From IMG/VR virus record IMGVR_UViG_651053022_000001: 28,110 bases of DNA. One strand, given 5' to 3'. This document shows, one piece after another, positions 9,671 through 17,784 of this stretch. Both the position numbers and the translations under genes were made by a program. The first letter of the stretch is position 1. Each line of letters starts with the position of its first letter. This stretch comes from a virus. Lineage: Duplodnaviria > Heunggongvirae > Uroviricota > Caudoviricetes. The notes beneath the pieces are model-generated. The model had not been told where the DNA came from. It saw only the letters and a list, made by a program, of their open reading frames with translations, and made no database searches.

Positions 9671-10013
9671 TTATCATTTTTTCATCATAAATACCTTCAC
9701 GAATACTTACAGCAACTCGCTCGTAAAAATTTAAAATATATTGAAATTTTCGACGCTCGGCCATTTCTTCATCTGTTATTATGCAACCATCACAAGGAAA
9801 AACATAAGAACGAAATGATTTGCCTGAACGATGCACTTGTTTCAGGGTATGCAATGACTCTATATATTGCATATCTTGCCGACTCTCAAAAAGAAAGTTG
9901 GCCGTTTGAGTTTTTTTTGCGGTACGCACATTGTAGATAATGGTTCCAATGGCAACCAAAACGCCAAGCAGAACAATAGCATTGCTGATGATTTGTAGTG
10001 TTATTGGGTTCAT
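9630..10013 (-). CDS. hypothetical membrane-anchored protein (N-terminal TM helix), 127 aa
   Basis: ORF in AT-rich DNA with a 24-residue hydrophobic segment (ITLQIISNAIVLLGVLVAIGTIIY) then a charged soluble region; last ~13 codons are read from invertase-derived DNA in another frame, so the C-terminus is probably not native. No family recognised. Confidence 0.5.
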   Translation of the reverse strand: MNPITLQIISNAIVLLGVLVAIGTIIYNVRTAKKTQTANFLFESRQDMQYIESLHTLKQVHRSGKSFRSYVFPCDGCIITDEEMAERRKFQYILNFYERVAVSIREGIYDEKMIKRPATKRSCLCRM

Positions 10014-10027
10014 CCTATTTCATCCAT

Positions 10028-10058
10028 AAAAAAGGCGGGGAGCAAATCCCCGCCTCAT
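10028..10058 (-). terminator. intrinsic terminator or attenuator hairpin immediately upstream of the 127-aa ORF
   Basis: Stem ggcgggga / tccccgcc, loop of ~5 nt; on the minus strand followed by tttttt, then the ATG of the 127-aa ORF 9 nt later. Confidence 0.5.
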
Positions 10059-10074
10059 TAGAGGTCAACGTAGC

Positions 10075-10110
10075 TTAGAAACCATCAAATTCATCATACA
10101 TTTTTTTCAT
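10075..10110 (-). CDS. 11-codon upstream ORF (MKKMYDEFDGF), candidate leader peptide
   Basis: ATG preceded by GAGGGGG SD at 5-nt spacing; stop 17 nt before the hairpin. Too short to be certain. Confidence 0.25.
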   Translation of the reverse strand: MKKMYDEFDGF

Positions 10111-10162
10111 ATCAACCCCCTCATAGAAATCATAACCACGTTTTGTGGTTTTTGTGACGTAT

Positions 10163-10191
10163 AAACTACATCAAAGGCAAGCCACGGTCAA
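10163..10191 (-). promoter_or_regulatory. candidate sigma70 promoter for the minus-strand cargo transcript
   Basis: Minus-strand TTGACC (-35), 17-bp spacer, TAGTTT (-10), about 50 nt upstream of the small ORF. Confidence 0.3.
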
Positions 10192-10210
10192 ATATATAGG
10201 CATGCTTACC

Positions 10211-10240
10211 TGCACAAAAGTGCACAAATTTGCACAATTT
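10211..10240. repeat. three phased direct repeats TGCACAA at exact 10-bp spacing
   Basis: tgcacaaaag / tgcacaaatt / tgcacaattt; a fourth TGCACAA at 10303-10309; inverted TTTTGTG copies at about 10141-10160. Confidence 0.7.
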
Positions 10241-10608
10241 TTTTGAACGACTTTTTACCCTTCCGGCCCGCATGGCGGCTGGATCCGTCAAGGATCCGTG
10301 CGTGCACAAAAAAACGCGCTTTTTCTGCGCGCAGGTGACGGGGGAACAGCCCGCGTTTCAGGGGGTAAATAGCATTCCCTGAACGATGTCGCAGAGACAC
10401 AACAGAATGGCCATATTTCTCACGCTGAGCATGAAAAAGGCGTGAGGGCTTTTGATTTGATGGGGTGAAAGGTAAGGCCGTCAAAATCGCACTGAGGCAG
10501 CGAGAACATGCAGTCAACGCGGTGGAATTGCGTAAGAGTCTGACCGTCGATGGTGGCGATAAACTGGAAGGCGTCGTGAAATTATCTGATTGATACAGGA
10601 GCTGGAGA

Positions 10609-10637
10609 GCCGGGGCATAAATTTTTTATGCCCCGGC
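10609..10637. repeat. perfect 29-bp palindrome (13-bp arms, 3-nt centre)
   Basis: gccggggcataaa ttt tttatgccccggc, about 100 bp upstream of the 174-aa ORF. Confidence 0.7.
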
Positions 10638-10736
10638 GAAGCAGCAGACAAGCGAAGCGCGTCAGCGATACGGCACCTTGCCGACCATACTTCATAAGTG
10701 CAAAATACGAGCAAAGAAATCAATGGAGGCTGTCTT

Positions 10737-11261
10737 ATGGTCATTAATTACAAGCAGTTAAGAGAAAAACGGGAGCAGGTAAAGGAGAGCTTTCGCCGCA
10801 ATGAAGATCTGACCCCGCTTGTACGCCTTGCCCAGGGCATTGTTGATGCTTATGAAATCTCGCTGGAGCTGCCATCACAGACCTGGACAGATAGCGACGG
10901 TAATCGCCAGCATTACGTTTCATGCGGACTGGAAGCAGCCGAAGGATTTCGCAGAATGCCTTTATCCCAGATCCCTGCCGCTACCCCCAAAGCACGGGGC
11001 AGCAATGATGAGCGAAAACTGACTTTTAGTATTGAAACGGTGGTTGACGACACACCTGGCGAAGTCGCGTTCGTGCACACTCCTGTTTCGATCGCAATGT
11101 ATAACGATGAAATACAGGTTCGCGTTAATAATAATATCGTGCCACTTAAAGAAGGTAATTCACCCTACACCACCGTTTGTGAAGCCATTCAATATTACGT
11201 TCTCTCTGAAATTGATAATCTCAAGCCTGACGGCACCCAGAAAATGGTTCAACTCTGGTAA
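10737..11261 (+). CDS. hypothetical soluble protein, 174 aa (cargo gene next to portal gene Q)
   Basis: ORF with GGAGG SD 7-8 nt upstream of ATG 10737 (track ORF starts at an upstream alternative start, 10698); acidic, no TM segment; no family recognised. Confidence 0.6.
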   Translation: MVINYKQLREKREQVKESFRRNEDLTPLVRLAQGIVDAYEISLELPSQTWTDSDGNRQHYVSCGLEAAEGFRRMPLSQIPAATPKARGSNDERKLTFSIETVVDDTPGEVAFVHTPVSIAMYNDEIQVRVNNNIVPLKEGNSPYTTVCEAIQYYVLSEIDNLKPDGTQKMVQLW

Positions 11262-11292
11262 AAAGGACAGCCCCATCACGGGGCTGTTTTTT
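11261..11292. terminator. bidirectional terminator shared by the 174-aa ORF and portal gene Q
   Basis: Stem cagcccc / ggggctg with A-run before and tttttt after; the Q stop codon lies in the loop. Confidence 0.6.
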
Positions 11293-12322
11293 CATCAAGA
11301 AGAGCATAAGAGTTAAAACGGATCACCTCTTCGCCAAGCCAGTCATTGATGTGCTTCATAGCCTCCATAACGGGCATCAGCTCGTTAATTGCGTAAACCC
11401 GCGCTGCCTTCTCCACATCGCCAAACGCACTTTTTTCGCCCGGCATCGCCCCCATCAGTTGCGGCGGAACGCGGTGCGCAGCCAGCACATCATCACGGGA
11501 TGCCGCCTTAACATTCATGAATTCATCTTTTGCGGTGATCTGCTGGAACGGCAAAATTTGCACCCCCTCTTTGCCCCCGTTGGGCGCATGAATGAGCACG
11601 TTTTTAAACGCACCACCACCACGTGCCCCCTGTAGCGTTTCTTTCAGGGAGTCCATGCTTTCGCGGTTTACCTGCGCTGCACCGATGTAGATGATGCACC
11701 CGGCGTGGGATCCGTTGTCGTAGTACAGTTTTCTGAACATGTCCGCCGAATGAGAAAGGCTGGCCGAGAGTAATGCGCCAAGATATTCCGGCATGCCGTA
11801 GATTTCCTGGTTAATATCCGGATTCATCAGGTGGCACACTTTGCCAGGACGAAACTGAAACGCGTCCTTGCCATCCTGCACATACCACCATGATTCAAGA
11901 TCGCTTCCGCGTCGCATGTATTTCGCCAGGGCGTGCCGTAATTTAAGCGGTTCGCCGAGCATATTGCTTCGAAGCTCAAGGAATGCGTTACCGAACACAA
12001 ACCAGTCCAGCGCCAGCGCCGAGAAATCCTGCCGGGAAAGCAGCGGGTGCGGGATGTAGCAACCGAGTAATACATTGCGCTTAAAGTAAAGCGCAGACTG
12101 ATGCCAGGACGTTTGCCGGGCTGCTCTTGCCAGACCGTACCAGTCCACCGGGGTTTCATACCACCGCCCGTTATCAGCACAGTACATATTGTCCAGCAGG
12201 TCATGCCCGGTCAGGCGATAAGGACCATCAAATGTGAATGCACTGAGCGATGATTCTTTCCTGAGCGCATCAGCGAGATCAATGCGTGAACTCATGCGCA
12301 CTTTTTTATTTTTTCTGCTCAT
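11276..12322 (-). CDS. Q: portal protein (P2 gpQ-like)
   Basis: About 345 aa, matching the P2 portal family in size and sequence; adjacent to and co-oriented with terminase P. Confidence 0.9.
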   Translation of the reverse strand: MSRKNKKVRMSSRIDLADALRKESSLSAFTFDGPYRLTGHDLLDNMYCADNGRWYETPVDWYGLARAARQTSWHQSALYFKRNVLLGCYIPHPLLSRQDFSALALDWFVFGNAFLELRSNMLGEPLKLRHALAKYMRRGSDLESWWYVQDGKDAFQFRPGKVCHLMNPDINQEIYGMPEYLGALLSASLSHSADMFRKLYYDNGSHAGCIIYIGAAQVNRESMDSLKETLQGARGGGAFKNVLIHAPNGGKEGVQILPFQQITAKDEFMNVKAASRDDVLAAHRVPPQLMGAMPGEKSAFGDVEKAARVYAINELMPVMEAMKHINDWLGEEVIRFNSYALLDEKTAP

Positions 12323-14073
12323 CAGAACTCCATAACCATGAAACGCTCGTTTTCTCCTTCGCCGCCAATTGGTTCGTTAATGACAGCAAGCATGGTTGCC
12401 CACGCAAGGTCGCCGTGGCTGATCCCCCTCGCGCGGTCCGTTTCGTAAGTGATAAAGCCGCCCGGTGTTTTCACCTTACGCACGGCGTTAAAGGCCGCGA
12501 CCAGCTCGCGTTCGGCGCGATCGTATTCCCACCGCCCGGCACGCATTATTTGCAGCATTTTCAGTACCAGCGACCGTTTTGATGACAGCGTGAAGGTGTA
12601 CGGAATAGCAGCAGGGAAAAACCGCTTCACTATCTGATAAACAGCCTCCCCGTTCCCGCCCGTCACATCAATGCCGATGTGTTCCACGTTGTAGCGACAC
12701 GTGAACTCTTCAATGACTCTGGCCTGTTCTTCAAACTCCAGCCCCTGAACGCGTCGCGTCTCCACCGTTCGAAAACGGCCGCCAGGAACAGCCGGAGGAA
12801 CCACCACGGACACAGCGCCGCTGTCGCCGTTGCCACTACTGCCGTTTGCGTCATACCCAATCCATACCGGACGATTCCCCATCGGGCGGGGAGCAAAAGG
12901 TTTCCAGTCTTTCCAGTCGTCGTATCCGTCAACACCGCAGCCAATCAGGATATTCAGGTTAAATGCCGATTCCCCTTCGCGGACAAACTCACACATATAG
13001 AGATTGAGGAACTCGTCTTCGGTGTTTTCATCACGAATTTCGTCGATATCGGTGTGTTTCCAGCCGTGATTAACCACATCTTCCAGCGTGACAATTTGCC
13101 GCCACGTCCGGTCAGGGCAGATAAGCCCATTATGCAGCGTTTTCCAGTCCACAGAAAAACGCTGGCGTTTATGCGAGGCCTTTTTCTCGTTCCAGCGGTC
13201 GCCGTTCCAGTAGGCGTATGCCTCGTGCGTTTCGGTGGATGGCGTGGAGAAGTAGGTGCGCCGCAGTCCGCTGAGGGTTGCCATAGCGCCAGCCACCTTG
13301 CGCAGTTCAGCAAAGCGACTGACCCAGAAAAATTCATCAAAATAAAAATTGCCCGTATAGGACTGTGCCGACGCAGCAGAAGTGCCGAGAAAATGCAGCT
13401 CTGCGCCGTTGGAGAGGATGATTTTATCGCCCCCTTTCAGCTCCACATCAACTTCAGCCGCGGCCTTCTGAATAATGCTTTTAAACTGGAACGCCTGACG
13501 ACGCGACGCAGACAAAAAAATCTGGTTACGCTGGTAAGGTTGCGCCACATCGTCACGCAGCGCCATCAGCAGTGCTTCCTGTGCAAAATACCAGGTCGCC
13601 CCAATCTGTCGGGATTTCAGGATCATCCTGTTACGTATCCCGGCTTCCCTGCAAAGGGTCAGGGAGTCAAACCAGCCCCGCTGATGCCACTCCAGCCTGC
13701 TGATGATTTTTTCCCGCAGTGCGGCAATCTGTTCCGGCGTGAAATGATTTTTGAGTTTTTTCGCCCGGCCTTTCTTTCCTGCGGCCATCACATCCGGCTG
13801 GCCATCATGCAGCTTTTTAAGCTGCCGGGTCAGCAGGTCTATTTCCTTAAAGTCACCGCCTGTTTTATTCTGTTTTTCAGTAAGCTGGATGAGGCGCGCA
13901 TCGATGGACTGCGTGACACGCTGCACGGGTGGCGTTTCATCCCACTGGTCACGTTTTTTCCACGCATAAATCGTGTTCGGGTTTATTCCCATCAGACGTG
14001 ATATTTCTGCGGGCGGATAACCCTGCCAGTAAAGTTGCCGCGCACGCTGGCGCACAAAAGCGTCCTGAATCAT
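12322..14073 (-). CDS. P: terminase large (ATPase) subunit (P2 gpP-like)
   Basis: 583 aa; size, position and sequence consistent with P2 gpP; divergent from O. Confidence 0.92.
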   Translation of the reverse strand: MIQDAFVRQRARQLYWQGYPPAEISRLMGINPNTIYAWKKRDQWDETPPVQRVTQSIDARLIQLTEKQNKTGGDFKEIDLLTRQLKKLHDGQPDVMAAGKKGRAKKLKNHFTPEQIAALREKIISRLEWHQRGWFDSLTLCREAGIRNRMILKSRQIGATWYFAQEALLMALRDDVAQPYQRNQIFLSASRRQAFQFKSIIQKAAAEVDVELKGGDKIILSNGAELHFLGTSAASAQSYTGNFYFDEFFWVSRFAELRKVAGAMATLSGLRRTYFSTPSTETHEAYAYWNGDRWNEKKASHKRQRFSVDWKTLHNGLICPDRTWRQIVTLEDVVNHGWKHTDIDEIRDENTEDEFLNLYMCEFVREGESAFNLNILIGCGVDGYDDWKDWKPFAPRPMGNRPVWIGYDANGSSGNGDSGAVSVVVPPAVPGGRFRTVETRRVQGLEFEEQARVIEEFTCRYNVEHIGIDVTGGNGEAVYQIVKRFFPAAIPYTFTLSSKRSLVLKMLQIMRAGRWEYDRAERELVAAFNAVRKVKTPGGFITYETDRARGISHGDLAWATMLAVINEPIGGEGENERFMVMEF

Positions 14074-14227
14074 TGCTCCCCCTGAGTAATTACAGGAAGA
14101 TTACCCGCGCGCGAAACTGTTCTCCTTAACCCTCTGTTCTGACTGTTTTCTTACAACAAAAGCCCTTTGTATCAGCCTGTTACGCTTTGCCATCATGACT
14201 GAAGAACCAGTCAGAGGGGCAAAAACT

Positions 14228-15064
14228 ATGGCTAATGAAAAAAAGACATCCCGCAAAAAGTTTCGCGTGGCTGTCTCCGGATCAACTGTTGATGGCCGTG
14301 AAATCAGTCCGGTGCATCTGCGTGAAGCCGCCGAGAACTTCAACCCGGATGTTTACGCTGCCCGCGTGAACGTTGAGCACTATCTCTCGCCATGTCCGTC
14401 AAGCGAATTTTCCGCAATGGGCGATGTCACCGCACTGAGTACGGAAGACATTACGGAAGGTCCGCTGGCCGGACGTACTGCGCTGTATGCAGAAATCGAA
14501 CCGACCGAGCGCATGAAGCAGCTTGTCGCTGACGGCAAGAAAATCTATTCCAGTATCGAACTGCACCCGCAGTTCTCCGTTAACGGGCGCGCCTATCTGG
14601 TCGGGCTGGCGATGACCGACACCCCGGCAAGCCTGGGCACTGAGCGCCTGAAATTCACGGCACAGCAACGTCAGGCGGTGATGACGTTCAACAGTATCCA
14701 GGGTGAAGCACCGCTTATCTCCGAAGCCATCGAGTCTGAAATCATCGAAATGGCAGAACAACGCCAGGAAGAAGGCACCCAGTGGTTTAACCGCGTAATG
14801 GGGATTATTGGTCGTGGCCGCAAAGCGGATGACGCCAGTTTCTCCCGAATTCAGGAAGCGGTGGAAGGCGTTGCAACGTCACAGGCCGACATTATCGACC
14901 GTTTTAATGTGCTGGAAACCCGCCATCAGCAGGACCGCCAGAAAATCACGTCACTGACCACAGAGCTGACAGCATTGAAGGAAAAACTGCGCACGCAGGA
15001 CGGCGATCCGCAGAACCGCTTCACCGCAACGGGCGCAGCCTCCGACCAGCTGGCTGACTTCTGA
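14228..15064 (+). CDS. O: capsid scaffolding protein (P2 gpO-like)
   Basis: MANEKKTSRKKFRVAVSGSTVDGREISPVHL... resembles the gpO N-terminus; start at ATG 14228 with SD; track ORF starts at 14195. Confidence 0.88.
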   Translation: MANEKKTSRKKFRVAVSGSTVDGREISPVHLREAAENFNPDVYAARVNVEHYLSPCPSSEFSAMGDVTALSTEDITEGPLAGRTALYAEIEPTERMKQLVADGKKIYSSIELHPQFSVNGRAYLVGLAMTDTPASLGTERLKFTAQQRQAVMTFNSIQGEAPLISEAIESEIIEMAEQRQEEGTQWFNRVMGIIGRGRKADDASFSRIQEAVEGVATSQADIIDRFNVLETRHQQDRQKITSLTTELTALKEKLRTQDGDPQNRFTATGAASDQLADF

Positions 15065-15087
15065 TAAGACAAAGGAGCAAATTTTTT

Positions 15088-16140
15088 ATGAATCTGGTGA
15101 TGTCAGATATTACCCGCAACAAGCTGGGTTGCTATATGGCGCAGCAGGCGTCGCTTAACAATATCCCGGTATCTGCACTGGTATCGCGATTTACCGTGGA
15201 ACCCGCGGTGCAGCAGCGTTTTGAAAACGCCTCAAAGGAAAGTACCGAATTTACGAAAAGAATTAACGTGATCGGCGTGACCGACCAGAAAGGCGAAAAA
15301 ATCCTCCTGGACACCACCGGGCCAATTGCGCGCACGAATAGCAGTTATGACGGCATCAAACGCCGTAACCCGAATAACGTGATCGATATGAAGTCTCGTC
15401 AGTACCAGTGCGAACAGGTGAACTACGATACCTTTATTTCGTACCCACAGCTTGATACCTGGGCGGCCCACAGCGATTTTCAGTCCCGTATCAGTACACA
15501 GATCGCCCGGCAGGTAGCGCTTGATCGCATCATGATTGGCTTTAACGGCACATCCCACGCCTACGAGTCTGATTTTCACACCAACAAGCTGCTTCAGGAC
15601 GTTAACGTGGGCTGGCTGGAGCACATCAGAACCGATGCCAGCGAGCGCGTAATGAATGACGTGACGCTGACCTCCCGCAACATGGACAACACTGTGGCGC
15701 ACGCGGGTAAGTATGCGAATGCCGATGCTCTGGTACAGGATGCGCGCTCATCCCTGCTGGATGAATGGCACAAGGAAGCTGACGACCTCGCGGTGATTAT
15801 GGGGCGCAACCTGTTTAACTCGCTGCGTCTGCCCGTGCTGAACAGCATCAGCGGCCAGAATCCCAATGCGGAATTACTTGCCGGGCAGCTCATCCTGTCA
15901 TCGCGCACCATTGGCGGGCTGGGCGTGTTCCTTGCGCCGTTCTTCCCGGATGCAACGATGCTTATCACCTCGTTCAACAACCTGTCGATTTACTGGCAGA
16001 AAGGTTCAATGCGTCGCCTGATGAAAGACGAGCCGGAATACAACCGCATCGCCACCTACCAGTCCATCAATGACGCTTATGTCGTTGAAGACTATGGCAA
16101 GTGCGCGATGGTCACTGGCCTGAAGTTCGCCGACAGCTAA
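15088..16140 (+). CDS. N: major capsid protein (P2 gpN-like)
   Basis: 350 aa with several blocks matching gpN as I recall it (FTVEP, GEKI, PFFPDATMLIT, VVEDY); AAGGAG SD. Confidence 0.93.
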   Translation: MNLVMSDITRNKLGCYMAQQASLNNIPVSALVSRFTVEPAVQQRFENASKESTEFTKRINVIGVTDQKGEKILLDTTGPIARTNSSYDGIKRRNPNNVIDMKSRQYQCEQVNYDTFISYPQLDTWAAHSDFQSRISTQIARQVALDRIMIGFNGTSHAYESDFHTNKLLQDVNVGWLEHIRTDASERVMNDVTLTSRNMDNTVAHAGKYANADALVQDARSSLLDEWHKEADDLAVIMGRNLFNSLRLPVLNSISGQNPNAELLAGQLILSSRTIGGLGVFLAPFFPDATMLITSFNNLSIYWQKGSMRRLMKDEPEYNRIATYQSINDAYVVEDYGKCAMVTGLKFADS

Positions 16141-16185
16141 TCAACTCACGGCGGGCATCATGCCCGCCTGTAACGGAGAGAAAAA

Positions 16186-16986
16186 ATGATTACTCCTGCA
16201 CAACAACACTGGCAGAACGTGATGGCACAGCGCGCAGGCCGGGCGAATGAAGGTGTGGACCACGCCGCGTGTACCGCGCATGAAGAGGTGCTGTATCGTC
16301 TGCGTCTGGCACAGGCCAGGCTAAAGGCCATACAGGCCAGAAGCGCGAAAGCCGCCATCAAAAAAGAGTTGTTGCCGGACTTTTCCGGCTGGATTGAGGG
16401 AACGCTGGAGGCTGACGGCGGGCAACAGGACGAAGTAATTGCCACGCTGATGGTGTGGGCGATTGACTGCGGCGATCTTCCGCTGGCGCTGCGTATTGGT
16501 GCATATGTGGTCCGTCACAACCTCATCATGCCGGATAACTTTGGCCGTACTGCTGCCACGGTACTGACCGAAGAAATCTGCAACCCGGTACTGACGCAGG
16601 CTGGGACGGATGCCGACGCGGATTTATCCGCCTTTATCGAACCACTGGACACACTTTGGGAAATTATCGCCAACCAGGACATGCCGGACGAAGTGCGCGC
16701 CAAATTATGCAAGGCGTGTGCCTTTGCCCGTCGTGGCCTGACCGATGCAGACAACATGGCCTCATCACTGAAGCTGCTGCGCGAAGCGATGCACCTGAAC
16801 CCGAACGCAGGTGTGAAACGCGAGATTGCAACCCTTTCCCGCGCCCTGAAAAAAGCCGATTCCGCAGCCGAACCAGAAGACGCCAGCGCACAGCAGGCGC
16901 AGGACGAAAGCAGCAAAAGTAAAAAGACAACGCGGAAGCCTGCAACACGAAAAACCACCGCGACGCAGAAGGCAAAGCGCGGTTAA
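16186..16986 (+). CDS. M: terminase small (endonuclease) subunit (P2 gpM-like)
   Basis: 266 aa; DMPDEVRAKL block and Lys/Arg-rich C-terminus as in gpM. Confidence 0.9.
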   Translation: MITPAQQHWQNVMAQRAGRANEGVDHAACTAHEEVLYRLRLAQARLKAIQARSAKAAIKKELLPDFSGWIEGTLEADGGQQDEVIATLMVWAIDCGDLPLALRIGAYVVRHNLIMPDNFGRTAATVLTEEICNPVLTQAGTDADADLSAFIEPLDTLWEIIANQDMPDEVRAKLCKACAFARRGLTDADNMASSLKLLREAMHLNPNAGVKREIATLSRALKKADSAAEPEDASAQQAQDESSKSKKTTRKPATRKTTATQKAKRG

Positions 16987-17087
16987 CGACTGACCCCGTC
17001 AGCGGGCGGCGTGCGCGGTGTTCCGGTTTGACTCCGTGACCGTTTACACCGCGCACCCACCGCCCGATTTTTTCAGGAGTGAACCCC

Positions 17088-17582
17088 ATGAGTATGGTTG
17101 CCAGAACTAACCCCGGCCCCGCAGAGGACGACATCACCGACACCGATGATGGCGATACCCGTATTTCAGCGGGTGCATTCTGGCCGGATATTGTGCTGCG
17201 CGAGCTGCGTCTGGCGGTACGACTGCCGGGCCGCGTGACCACCTCCCGCCTGCTGCATACCGCCACCGGGGCCATAGCACACGTTACCCGCGAGCTGGAA
17301 GCATGGCAGCAGGAACAACAGGCGGCTGGCTATCAGACGCTGGCCGATGTTCCGGCCCCTGTAATTAACGGAGAAAGCGTCAATCTCTGGCACTGGCGCA
17401 ATGCTGTTTATACCGCCACACGCGCCCTGATTCTGGAGCGTTACCGCGATGCGGACACAACGGACAAGGGCGACCGCCGGGCGGACGCACTGGATATACA
17501 GACATCGGATTTGTGGCGCGATGTGAGCTGGGCCATCTCTGACATTCTGGGACGACCGCGAATGTTTGCGGAGCTGTGCTGA
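17088..17582 (+). CDS. L: head completion/stabilisation protein (P2 gpL-like)
   Basis: 164 aa; CAGGAG SD 8 nt upstream of ATG 17088; stop overlaps the X start. Confidence 0.85.
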   Translation: MSMVARTNPGPAEDDITDTDDGDTRISAGAFWPDIVLRELRLAVRLPGRVTTSRLLHTATGAIAHVTRELEAWQQEQQAAGYQTLADVPAPVINGESVNLWHWRNAVYTATRALILERYRDADTTDKGDRRADALDIQTSDLWRDVSWAISDILGRPRMFAELC

Positions 17583-17782
17583 TGAAAGTGAAGGCACTGG
17601 AAGGCGACACCGTGGATTCGCTCTGTTTCCGGTACTACGGCACGACACAGGGCGTCACCGAAAAGGTGCTGGATGCCAACCCCGGACTCTGTCAGCAGGT
17701 ATTTCTGGACGCCGGGCAGGAAGTGGAGATGCCGGAGCCGGAGAAGAAGAAACGAGAAATGATTCAGTTGTGGGGGGAGTAG
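17582..17782 (+). CDS. X: tail protein X (P2 gpX-like, LysM-type)
   Basis: 66 aa, MKVKALEGDTVDSLCFRYYG... similar to gpX. Confidence 0.8.
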   Translation: MKVKALEGDTVDSLCFRYYGTTQGVTEKVLDANPGLCQQVFLDAGQEVEMPEPEKKKREMIQLWGE

Positions 17783-17784
17783 CA

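Noticed and set aside
10211-10240. CRISPR-like array
   Set aside because: Only three 7-bp units at 10-bp period; far too short, with no repeat-spacer structure and no cas genes.
10465-10593. 42-codon GTG-initiated plus-strand ORF (VKGKAVKIALRQREHAV...)
   Set aside because: Protein-like composition but no good Shine-Dalgarno and only a GTG start; could be a gene fragment. Kept out of the feature list for lack of evidence.
10141-10736. Possible retron msr/msd or other structured ncRNA in the GC-rich cargo spacer
   Set aside because: No reverse transcriptase gene follows and no a1/a2-type flanking inverted repeats were found.
10206-10744. Two minus-strand ORFs (103 and 76 aa) in the cargo intergenic region
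   Set aside because: Arg-rich, low-complexity translations without RBS support; the region is better explained as regulatory DNA with repeats and hairpins.
12679-14001. 440-aa plus-strand ORF antisense to terminase gene P
   Set aside because: Arg/Phe-rich composition not typical of real proteins, no start context, and it lies entirely opposite a confidently assigned terminase gene.
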